17,537 nucleotides of DNA from an uncultured bacterium (GTDB taxonomy: Bacteria; BMS3Abin14): contig CBFDCL010000043.1 of NCBI GenBank assembly GCA_965603295.1, positions 1 to 17,537 of the forward strand, in the 5' to 3' direction. Below, one piece after another: positions 8,401-15,610 of this stretch (position 1 is its first letter; every line of letters starts with the position of its first letter). Position numbers and translations under genes: made by a program. Under the pieces are notes generated by a model. The model worked only from the letters and a program-made list of their open reading frames with translations, did not search any database and had not been told where the DNA came from.

Positions 8401-8909
8401 CGAAATCGAGAGTCGCATCGCTTTTGGAAAAGATATCCAAGATCGTCCCCGGGGTTGCGGGGTACCAGGACAGGGAACGGCGCCGGGATGCCGACAAGGC
8501 CGTTCGTAACAAGATCGTGGCGTCACTGACCCGCTGTCGGCACCGGCTTTCGAATGGGATGAGCGATATTTCCCGGGCCGGAGGGCGGGGCAGTCTGAGT
8601 GCGGTGGGGAACCTGGAAAGGGTTAATACCCGGCTCGAGCGCATTGAGGACGAGATCAGATATGCTCCCCATGGGTACGCGGGGTGGTTCGACCGTGAGG
8701 GTGTCGCCCTGGAGGACCTGGAGAGGCTTTATGAGCACGACCTGTCTCTCCTTGAGATTGCCGAAAGGATGGTTGAACTGGTCGGGCCCGTCGAGGCCCT
8801 CGGTTCCGAAAGGGACTGGATGCAGGATCTCGGGCGGGAACTGGAGGCGTTAAGACAGGCTCTTGATAACCGGATGTCCGTTATCAGGGGAGGGGAGGAA
8901 CCGCGTTGA
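8397..8909 (+). CDS. hypothetical protein (170 aa), Arg/Glu-rich predicted helical
   Basis: It is translationally coupled at both ends: ATGA with the upstream gene and TTGA with the downstream gene. I recognise no family. Confidence 0.55.
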   Translation: MTKSRVASLLEKISKIVPGVAGYQDRERRRDADKAVRNKIVASLTRCRHRLSNGMSDISRAGGRGSLSAVGNLERVNTRLERIEDEIRYAPHGYAGWFDREGVALEDLERLYEHDLSLLEIAERMVELVGPVEALGSERDWMQDLGRELEALRQALDNRMSVIRGGEEPR

Positions 8910-10042
8910 GTGAGTTCATCGAGGTCCTGGAATGGGTTGATAATACCGGCAAGGAGATGGTTCACAGGGTCCCTCTGGACGGAACAGGGGAGATCAAGTT
9001 TGGTGCCCAACTTGTGGTCAATGAGAATCAGGCGGCCGTTTTCTTCCGCGACGGAAAGGCCCTGGATGTCCTCGGGCCCGGAAGGCATACCCTGACCACG
9101 CAGAACCTGCCACTTCTCACGAAAGCCCTCAGCCTTCCCTTCAACTTCAAGAGCCCTTTCAAGGTGGCGATCTATTTCGTTTCCATGAAGACCTTTACGA
9201 ACCTCGCCTGGGGCACGCGGGATCCGGTGGCGTTCCGGGATAAGGAACTCGGGATGGTTCGCCTGAGGGGGCACGGCGTTTACACCATCCGGGTCGTTCA
9301 ACCGATGCTCTTCGTCAACGTTCTAGCGGGGACCCAGGGGATTTTCACGACAAAGGAGATCGCGGATTATCTCAGGGCGGTCATTATCTCCCGTATCAAC
9401 GACCTCCTCGGGGAGAACGTCGAATCCCTCCTGGAGCTTCCCCAGGTTTACGAGGAGCTGGGGGCCGCTGCGAAGGCCCGGGTGCGGGACGATTTCCTGA
9501 AATATGGAATTGAGTTGCGAGACCTGATCATCCGGGCGATCACCCCCCCCGATGACGTCCAAAAGATCATTGACGAGCGGGGAAGCATGACCGCTGTCGG
9601 AGAACGGGATTACCTTCGGTTCAAGGCGGCGCAGTTCATGGGGGAGGCCGGCAAGGGAGAAGGCGGAGGGTCCTCTACCGCCGAATCGGGGATGGGCCTT
9701 GGCCTGGGAGCCGGGTTCGGGATGATGGTCCCCGCTTTCCTTCGGTCCGCCATGGAAGGAAAGGATGCTTCACCGGCCCCGTCGAAAGAGACCTGTCCCC
9801 AATGCCGGGCCGGTCTTCCCGCTGACGCGAGGTTCTGTTTCCGCTGCGGGACTCCCGTTGTGAGAGGGCAGGTGTGCGCCTCATGCGGTCAGGATCTGCC
9901 CTCGGATGCGCATTTTTGCCACCGCTGCGGGCAGGAGATGAAGAAAAACAAGCCGGTCTGTTCCCATTGCGGCAACAAGGTCCCGGAAGGGGCGCACTTC
10001 TGTCTGCACTGCGGTGAGAAGATCGAGACGAGCACCCCCTGA
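8906..10042 (+). CDS. SPFH/Band-7 protein of the YdjI type (Band_7_1-like) fused to three tandem zinc ribbons
   Basis: The N-terminus MSEFIEVLEWVDNTGKEMVHRVPLDG...NENQAAVFFRDGKALDVLGPGRHTL matches the YdjI/Band_7_1 family. A Gly/Met-rich linker (GGGSSTAESGMGLGLGAGFGMM) follows. Three repeats of CxxC-x10-FCxxCG (CPQC..FCFRCG, CASC..FCHRCG, CSHC..FCLHCG) close the protein. It uses a TTG start at 8906 with GGAGG 9 nt upstream. Confidence 0.8.
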   Translation: MSEFIEVLEWVDNTGKEMVHRVPLDGTGEIKFGAQLVVNENQAAVFFRDGKALDVLGPGRHTLTTQNLPLLTKALSLPFNFKSPFKVAIYFVSMKTFTNLAWGTRDPVAFRDKELGMVRLRGHGVYTIRVVQPMLFVNVLAGTQGIFTTKEIADYLRAVIISRINDLLGENVESLLELPQVYEELGAAAKARVRDDFLKYGIELRDLIIRAITPPDDVQKIIDERGSMTAVGERDYLRFKAAQFMGEAGKGEGGGSSTAESGMGLGLGAGFGMMVPAFLRSAMEGKDASPAPSKETCPQCRAGLPADARFCFRCGTPVVRGQVCASCGQDLPSDAHFCHRCGQEMKKNKPVCSHCGNKVPEGAHFCLHCGEKIETSTP

Positions 10043-10044
10043 AG

Positions 10045-11361
10045 GTGACACAGGTCAACTACGTCAACCATTGCTGCTCCCAATGCGGCGGTGAAGTGGT
10101 TTTCGACCAGGAGGCCACCGGAACGCGCTGTCGCTACTGCGGGGCTGGTCTCATGATTCTGGGTGCCCGTTCCTCCTGGTTGAACTTTCTGCTGAAACCG
10201 GGGATCACAGTTCCGGATACCGCCCGCGAAGTGACCCGGATTGCCCAGGGAAACGGATGGAAACCTCCCCTTCTCAGATCCGTCCTGCCTTTTTATTATC
10301 CGTTTTTCAGAACCATCGGGCATGCCATCAAGTGGGTCAGGGGGGATGCTCCCGGCTCCGGGGATGGTACCGATCACGTTGAAAAGATCCTCACTCGTTA
10401 CGTCGACCTGATGCGCCCGGCTCATGCCGACCTGTCACCGGGGCTTTTTTCCCCTGGGTATCGGGCCCAGTCCCTTAACCTTTATCTCGCCACAAGGAAT
10501 AACGCGGGGAAGATCCCGTTCCTTCCCATTCAGAAAGACAGGAATGAGCACATGGGGAACATGGAGGACGATTTCTTCGACGGGATGCCGGATCCGGGGC
10601 TTCGGGTCCGGGAAAAGCGACTTTTTAAACTCTGGGAGAGAAACTCTGTCCTTTTCTTTCCCCTCTCCCTGGTGGAGATCCGTGAGGGAAGCCAGATCAG
10701 GCTCCTGTTGCTCGACGCCATCGGGGGATCTCTCATCAGGCAGATTGGCCATGAGGAGATGGAAAAACTCCTCGACAACCTGGACCTGGAAAAGAGCCGT
10801 TCCCCCGGCGAAACCCGTTTGAAACTGGCACCCCTGATCTGTCCGGAATGCGCGGGAGACCTGGACCCCGATCCCAGGGCCTTTGTCCGGTTCTGCCGTG
10901 CCTGCGGACGGGGGTGGGAACCGCTGGGGGGAAGGCTACGGGAAAGGGAGTGCCTGTGGGCGGGAGCCAAACCCCAGGCCAGGGACGCGTCGGCGATCTT
11001 TCTGCCGTTCTGGAGGAAAGAGACCGATGGGGAGGCTCTGCACATCCCCGCCTTCGAAATACGCTCTCCCCGGCTTCTTTACAACCTGTCGGTCCGGTAT
11101 TACCATGCAAACTTCCCCGCCGAGCCGATCCCTTATGAAAACAGGCTCCAAATGCGTTCTCTCCCGGCGGGCCTGCCGCCCGAAGGGGCGGATGAAATGG
11201 CGGATGTGGTGGTACAGACGGGAGCAAGGCCGGTTTCACACCCCAGGAAAGGCAGTTATGCCATTGTCCTGGTTCCGTTCTTTCGCAAGGGGCCGGATCT
11301 CGTGGAGCCGTTTCACGGGCTGGCTGTTCCCATTTCCAGCCTGGAGGTGAAGGTAGGATGA
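10045..11361 (+). CDS. hypothetical zinc-ribbon protein (438 aa) with two CxxC-x14-CxxCG modules
   Basis: A GTG start lies 2 nt after the upstream stop. The N-terminus has CSQCGGEVVFDQEATGTRCRYCG and a second module CPECAGDLDPDPRAFVRFCRACG sits near residue 247. Each module is followed by a hydrophobic LPF(Y/W) segment, which suggests an internal duplication. The stop overlaps the nfeD start as ATGA. Confidence 0.6.
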   Translation: MTQVNYVNHCCSQCGGEVVFDQEATGTRCRYCGAGLMILGARSSWLNFLLKPGITVPDTAREVTRIAQGNGWKPPLLRSVLPFYYPFFRTIGHAIKWVRGDAPGSGDGTDHVEKILTRYVDLMRPAHADLSPGLFSPGYRAQSLNLYLATRNNAGKIPFLPIQKDRNEHMGNMEDDFFDGMPDPGLRVREKRLFKLWERNSVLFFPLSLVEIREGSQIRLLLLDAIGGSLIRQIGHEEMEKLLDNLDLEKSRSPGETRLKLAPLICPECAGDLDPDPRAFVRFCRACGRGWEPLGGRLRERECLWAGAKPQARDASAIFLPFWRKETDGEALHIPAFEIRSPRLLYNLSVRYYHANFPAEPIPYENRLQMRSLPAGLPPEGADEMADVVVQTGARPVSHPRKGSYAIVLVPFFRKGPDLVEPFHGLAVPISSLEVKVG

Positions 11362-12854
11362 AAAAAACCCGACGCTTCATGATCCTGCTAATCCTCGTCT
11401 CTCTTGTTCGCATGGGTACCGGAGTCCTGGCAGAGCAGGTTTCCCCATCGGGGACGAGCGTGGTCAGGATCGTTGTGGACGGCCCTATCAGCCCGGTCAC
11501 AGCCGATTATATCGAGAGGGGGATCGAAAAAGCCCTGGAGGAGGATGCCTCTCTCCTTATTCTCGAACTGGACACACCGGGGGGCCTCATGACGTCCACG
11601 CGCCAGATCGTGAAAGCCCTCCTGGGAGCTGAAGTTCCCATTGCGGTCCACGTCGCTCCGCCAGGTGCCAGGGCGGCATCCGCGGGCGTCTTCATCACGA
11701 TGGCATCCCATGTGGCGGTTATGGCTCCCGGAACCAATATCGGGGCAGCCCACCCGGTCAACGTGGGGGGAGGGAACCCGCTGACCCCGAAGAAAGAAGA
11801 CCGGAAGGAAAATAACGGAAAGAGGAAAGAGCAAGGGGCGGAGGATTCGAAACCGAACGACGGAAAGAGTGTCTCCGGCGAAGACAAAAAAGAAGGATCA
11901 GATAAGGAGGACAAATCCGGGAAGGAAGAAAAGGAAGACGACCCGAGCGTAATGTCCCAGAAGGTCCTCAACGATGCCGTGGCTTTCGTACGGTCCATTG
12001 CCCAGAAAAGAGAACGGAACGCCGACTGGGCGGAAAAGGCTGTCCGGGAGAGTGTTTCGGTGACCGAAAGGGAGGCACTCGAGCTTAACGTGGTAGACTT
12101 CATCGCCGAGAGCACGGAAGACCTCCTCGCGGCGGTTCACGGGCGGACCGTGGAGATCGCGGGGAACGAGGTTACCCTGAATGTGGCCGATGCCAGGGTC
12201 GTGGAATATCCCATGGGCTGGAGGCACAGGGTACTCATGGCTCTTTCCGATCCCAACATCGCCTACATTCTCATGATGTTGGGGATTTACGGCCTTTTCT
12301 TCGAACTTTCCAACCCCGGGGTGATCCTTCCCGGTGTCCTGGGCTCCATTTTTCTCATCCTGGCTTTTTTCTCCTTCCAGGTGCTGCCCATCAATTACGC
12401 CGGGCTTCTTCTCATCATCGTAGCCCTTGTCCTGTTCATCCTTGAAGTGAAGGTCGTCTCCTATGGAATGCTGTCCGTGGGGGGTGCCGTTGCCCTTTTC
12501 CTGGGGAGTATTATGCTTTTTGAATCCGCAGAGCCCTACTACCGTCTTTCTTTAAAGCTGGTGGTCAGTATGACCGCCCTGACTGTCCTGTTTTTCGCGG
12601 TGATCCTTGGATTTGCCATCCGCATCCAGCGCCGGAAACCCACAACGGGTCTGGAGGGCTTGTTGGGGGAACCCGGGGTGGTAACGGTGGCCCTGAATCC
12701 CGAGGGGAAGATCAAGGTCCACGGGGAGATCTGGACGGCCTGGTCGGACAGCCCCCTTCCGAAGGGCACCCGGGTCAAGGTCACAGAGGCCGAGAGGATG
12801 AAACTGAAAGTGGTAAAAGAAACCGAAAAAGAGGTCCTAAGTCCTAAGTCCTAA
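11358..12854 (+). CDS. NfeD-family membrane-bound ClpP-class serine protease (long form, stomatin operon partner)
   Basis: A signal peptide/TM precedes the ClpP-like domain (LELDTPGGLMTSTRQI, PPGARAASAGVFI, APGTNIGAAHP). A multi-TM segment and a C-terminal OB-fold (VVTVALNPEGKIKVHGEIWTAWS) complete the protein. A ~55-aa K/E/D/G/S-rich insertion interrupts the protease domain. SD GGAGGTGAAGGTAGG precedes ATG 11358. Confidence 0.85.
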   Translation: MKKTRRFMILLILVSLVRMGTGVLAEQVSPSGTSVVRIVVDGPISPVTADYIERGIEKALEEDASLLILELDTPGGLMTSTRQIVKALLGAEVPIAVHVAPPGARAASAGVFITMASHVAVMAPGTNIGAAHPVNVGGGNPLTPKKEDRKENNGKRKEQGAEDSKPNDGKSVSGEDKKEGSDKEDKSGKEEKEDDPSVMSQKVLNDAVAFVRSIAQKRERNADWAEKAVRESVSVTEREALELNVVDFIAESTEDLLAAVHGRTVEIAGNEVTLNVADARVVEYPMGWRHRVLMALSDPNIAYILMMLGIYGLFFELSNPGVILPGVLGSIFLILAFFSFQVLPINYAGLLLIIVALVLFILEVKVVSYGMLSVGGAVALFLGSIMLFESAEPYYRLSLKLVVSMTALTVLFFAVILGFAIRIQRRKPTTGLEGLLGEPGVVTVALNPEGKIKVHGEIWTAWSDSPLPKGTRVKVTEAERMKLKVVKETEKEVLSPKS

Positions 12855-12861
12855 GTTCCAA
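12834..12861. repeat. heptamer tandem array GTCCTAA x3 plus degenerate unit, overlapping the last 6 codons and stop of nfeD
   Basis: Direct reading gives gtcctaa gtcctaa gtcctaa gttccaa. It encodes ...VLSPKS*. Confidence 0.9.
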
Positions 12862-12874
12862 GTACTTCTTATCT

Positions 12875-12908
12875 CTCAGGACTTATCGCGTAGAACTGGG
12901 TTTTTTTT
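12875..12908 (+). terminator. weak hairpin plus T8 run between nfeD and the stomatin gene (possible attenuator/terminator)
   Basis: A run of eight T at 12901-12908 follows CGCGTAGAACTGGG. Only an imperfect upstream stem can be drawn (AAGTCCTAAG/CTCAGGACTT). Confidence 0.2.
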
Positions 12909-12935
12909 ATTAACCCGTTTGTCAGGGGGTGAGCC

Positions 12936-13715
12936 ATGTTTCCGATGAGCTATTTGATAATCAGTGCGATCATCCTGGTGGTCATGTTCCTCTCTTCCGC
13001 CATCAAAATCCTGCGGGAATACGAGAGGGGTGTCGTTTTCTTCCTGGGACGCCTGGTGGGTCCCCGGGGGCCGGGGCTGGTGATCATCATCCCCGTCCTC
13101 GAGAAGTTGGTCCGCGTCAGCCTGAGACTCGTGACGATGGATGTGCCTCCGCAGGACATTATCACCAGGGACAACGTCTCTGTGAAGGTGAACGCGGTGG
13201 TCTATTTCCGGGTGATGGACCCTAACAAGGCCATCGTCGAGGTGGAGGATTTCTTCTACGCAACGAGCCAGCTGGCCCAGACAACCCTCAGGAGCGTCCT
13301 GGGTCAGGTGGAACTGGATGATCTGCTCTCGGAGAGAGAAAAGATCAACCACCAGCTGCAGGAGATCCTCGATACTGCCACCGATCCGTGGGGAGTCAAG
13401 GTTACGACGGTGGAAGTCAAGCACGTGGACCTTCCCACCGAGATGCAAAGGGCCATGGCGAAGCAGGCGGAGGCCGAAAGAGAGCGCCGGGCCAAAGTCA
13501 TCGCTGCGGAAGGGGAATTTCAGGCAGCCGACAAGCTGGGCCAGGCAGCGGCCATCATCTCCGCTCACCCGCAGGCCCTCCAGCTTCGATACCTGCAGAC
13601 CCTGGCGGAAATTGCCACGGAAAACAATTCCACCACGCTCTTTCCGATCCCCATGGACCTGATCAGCGGTTTCATGAATCTCGTCCAAGGAGGGAGCCGG
13701 AAAGAGGAAAAATAG
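12936..13715 (+). CDS. stomatin/prohibitin-like SPFH (Band 7) protein, YbbK/QmcA type
   Basis: An N-terminal TM helix precedes the SPFH core ([28 protein letters not shown]) and a coiled-coil C-terminus. The NfeD gene lies immediately upstream, which is the conserved NfeD-stomatin pair. GGGGTG precedes ATG 12936. Confidence 0.85.
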   Translation: MFPMSYLIISAIILVVMFLSSAIKILREYERGVVFFLGRLVGPRGPGLVIIIPVLEKLVRVSLRLVTMDVPPQDIITRDNVSVKVNAVVYFRVMDPNKAIVEVEDFFYATSQLAQTTLRSVLGQVELDDLLSEREKINHQLQEILDTATDPWGVKVTTVEVKHVDLPTEMQRAMAKQAEAERERRAKVIAAEGEFQAADKLGQAAAIISAHPQALQLRYLQTLAEIATENNSTTLFPIPMDLISGFMNLVQGGSRKEEK

Positions 13716-13735
13716 GGCGGGAGGCCTGAGACGCC

Positions 13736-14422
13736 ATGTCACGAATATTCGCCTCGGTTATCGCCGGATTCAGGTACGTGTTTTTCCTGGCAGTGCTGGC
13801 TTTGGCTGCCCTTTCCCTGGTTTCTCTGGTGAGGGGAATGGGGGAAATATTGTTTCTCTTCCATGGCCGCGGTCTGACCGTGGGGCCCGGGAGTGGCGTC
13901 GCCGCGGTCCACTGGTTTTTCCAGGCGTTTTTCCTGTATTTTCTCGCGGTGGCTCTCTGCTCGCTCCTGGTTGCCGAAACTCCTGTTCCCCAATGGATGG
14001 TGGTTAGAAACCTTTTCCAGTTCCGGAACAAGGTCCTGACCATCGTTTCCGTTATTCTGCCCCTGGCGTTTCTGGGAAAAGTGATGAAGGCGGACGTGTC
14101 CGGCCCTGGTCTCCTCTTTTCGGGGGGCGGTGTCTTTCTTGTCCTTGCGGGGATTTTCCTCCTGACCAGGTTCGGTTCTCCTGCAGGGGATGAGGGGATG
14201 GCCCGGGAAGGGAACCGGTCCCCTGATCGGACAGGACGAAGAGACCGGAAAACCACACACCCCGGAGGACGGGATTCCCGCAAGGACCGGAACTGGCAGG
14301 AAAAGCCGAAGGAGGATCCCTCGCGAAGAGCGGAGGGAGATCCGGATGCCTCATCCGAATTCCGGAAAAACGGCAACGTAACGGTCAAGCCGGGACCAAG
14401 AAGGCCGAGACAGCGGCGATAG
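13736..14422 (+). CDS. YqhA/UPF0114-like integral membrane protein with Arg/Asp-rich C-terminal tail
   Basis: The N-terminus MSRIFASVIAGFRYVFFLAVLALAAL resembles the YqhA family. It has 4 predicted TM helices and a ~80-aa low-complexity basic/acidic tail. GGGAGG lies 12 nt upstream of ATG 13736. Confidence 0.5.
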   Translation: MSRIFASVIAGFRYVFFLAVLALAALSLVSLVRGMGEILFLFHGRGLTVGPGSGVAAVHWFFQAFFLYFLAVALCSLLVAETPVPQWMVVRNLFQFRNKVLTIVSVILPLAFLGKVMKADVSGPGLLFSGGGVFLVLAGIFLLTRFGSPAGDEGMAREGNRSPDRTGRRDRKTTHPGGRDSRKDRNWQEKPKEDPSRRAEGDPDASSEFRKNGNVTVKPGPRRPRQRR

Positions 14423-14551
14423 CCGCCTCGCCTCCAGACGGGTGGTTGGACGCGGAGAAAGGGAGACCCGCCTTCGCAAAAGCTTCGGGGTAGCAAGCAC
14501 GGTGACGCGGAGAAAATCCTACGACCTGGCGGCAGGGAGATAGGAAAATCA

Positions 14552-14616
14552 CGTTTAACGTGGAAAACTTGTGACTTGTGATTGTTGACTGGAATATACG
14601 AATCACCAATCACCAA
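14552..14616. repeat. left copy of ~64-bp inverted repeat (built from heptamer units CTTGTGA x2-3 and AATCACC)
   Basis: cgtttaacgtggaaaacttgtgacttgtgattgttgactggaatatacgaatcaccaatcacca is ~90% identical to the reverse complement of 17207-17270. Confidence 0.85.
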
Positions 14617-14637
14617 TCACGAATCACCAATCACAAA
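14601..14637. repeat. heptamer tandem array AATCACC x5
   Basis: Direct reading gives aatcacc aatcacc aatcacg aatcacc aatcaca. Confidence 0.9.
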
Positions 14638-14660
14638 TATCTTTCAGATGGAATTTCTCC

Positions 14661-15452
14661 ATGCGGATTCATTTTGTTCATCCAAAATTCCTGAGCGATG
14701 CACTCCTTGAGGAGGAACACGATTTCCTTCACAGGCTCTTTGACGCCCTTTCGGAAGGGGAGAAGGGAAGCATAGACCACCCTGACCTTTTCCGCTACAG
14801 GGGGCGAAGGGGGCAGCTGTACATTCGCCACAGGAAGATCGCCGAAGAGTTAGGGATACGGGGCCTGCCGCACGAAACGTTCTTCGATCGCCGAAACATT
14901 GAACCGGAAGAGTGGGAGGAGCCTGGAATCTCTCCCGAGACGGTTTTTGCCGATGCGGGGGAAGTCCGGGATGCGGGTCCCGGCAGGGTGATATTGCCGG
15001 AAACGGAGAACCCCGAGGATATCGTCTGCCCGAGAGACATCTGTTCGGCCATCCCGGGCAAATTGGAGGTGGATATCCTGAGGGAACTGTGGAGGATCTA
15101 CCGGTACGTGGTTATGGAGCGATCCTATGGGCGTTATCGGTCACTGACGGACCCGGTCCAGGGGCGGGGGAAGGGGTCGGTCTGGATGCTCTTTGACCTG
15201 ATGATGGAAGAGGCGTTCGCCCAACTGCCCGAGGAACGGGCCCCGGCAATCGCCTACGAAACCATATGGGAAGCCATGCAGGGGGAGGCGACGGATGATG
15301 AGGAGAAGGAGCATGCCCGTCTTGCCGCTGCCCTCGAACCGGGGAAGGTCAGCCTGGCAATGAGACGATTTCTTGCCGCAGTTGCCGAAAGACAGGGGAA
15401 CGGGGATTTAACGGTCTCGGCGTTGCTGGTGCCTTACTTGAAGGACGATTAA
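14661..15452 (+). CDS. pyrimidine-dimer DNA glycosylase (T4 endonuclease V/DenV-like, Pyr_excise) family N-domain with acidic C-terminal extension
   Basis: The N-terminus MRIHFVHPKFLSDALLEEEHDFLHRLFDAL...GSIDHPDLFRYRG parallels the bacterial family consensus MRLWSLHPKYLD..GLVALWRE.LLA..VL.G.TKGY.NHPQL.RF. The C-terminal ~130 aa are Glu/Asp-rich and match no family I recognise. There is no SD. Confidence 0.5.
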   Translation: MRIHFVHPKFLSDALLEEEHDFLHRLFDALSEGEKGSIDHPDLFRYRGRRGQLYIRHRKIAEELGIRGLPHETFFDRRNIEPEEWEEPGISPETVFADAGEVRDAGPGRVILPETENPEDIVCPRDICSAIPGKLEVDILRELWRIYRYVVMERSYGRYRSLTDPVQGRGKGSVWMLFDLMMEEAFAQLPEERAPAIAYETIWEAMQGEATDDEEKEHARLAAALEPGKVSLAMRRFLAAVAERQGNGDLTVSALLVPYLKDD

Positions 15453-15550
15453 ATATTCAACATTCAAGATTCAAAAAAAAATCGAAAAAGGATTTTCTGG
15501 AAAAAATGAACGAGGGAGGAATGATTTTTTGAATATTGAATCTTGAATAT
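15453..15550. repeat. 26-bp imperfect inverted repeat (24/26) with 46-bp spacer; arms are heptamer arrays ATTCAAN x3
   Basis: atattcaacattcaagattcaaaaaa (15453-15478) pairs with ttttttgaatattgaatcttgaatat (15525-15550). It lies directly after the stop of the 14661-15452 gene. Confidence 0.8.
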
Positions 15551-15566
15551 GAAAATTGAAGTTGCC

Positions 15567-15610
15567 GTGCGTATGAAATCAGAGCCAACAGGCTCTGTTT
15601 TCATACGCAC
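15567..15610. terminator. bidirectional rho-independent terminator hairpin between the convergent hypothetical gene and zwf
   Basis: GTGCGTATGAAATCAGAGCC-AACA-GGCTCTGTTTTCATACGCAC forms a 19/20-bp stem with a 4-nt loop. The inner GC core CAGAGCC/GGCTCTG is followed by TTTTCAT on the plus strand and by ATTTCAT on the minus strand. The right arm contains the zwf stop codon. Confidence 0.6.

Noticed and set aside
14447-14519. 12-13-bp direct repeat GACGCGGAGAAA at 14450 and 14503 downstream of the YqhA-like gene
   Set aside because: There are only two copies with no associated palindrome or promoter elements. This could be chance or part of the dispersed repeat family, and there is not enough to call a regulatory site.
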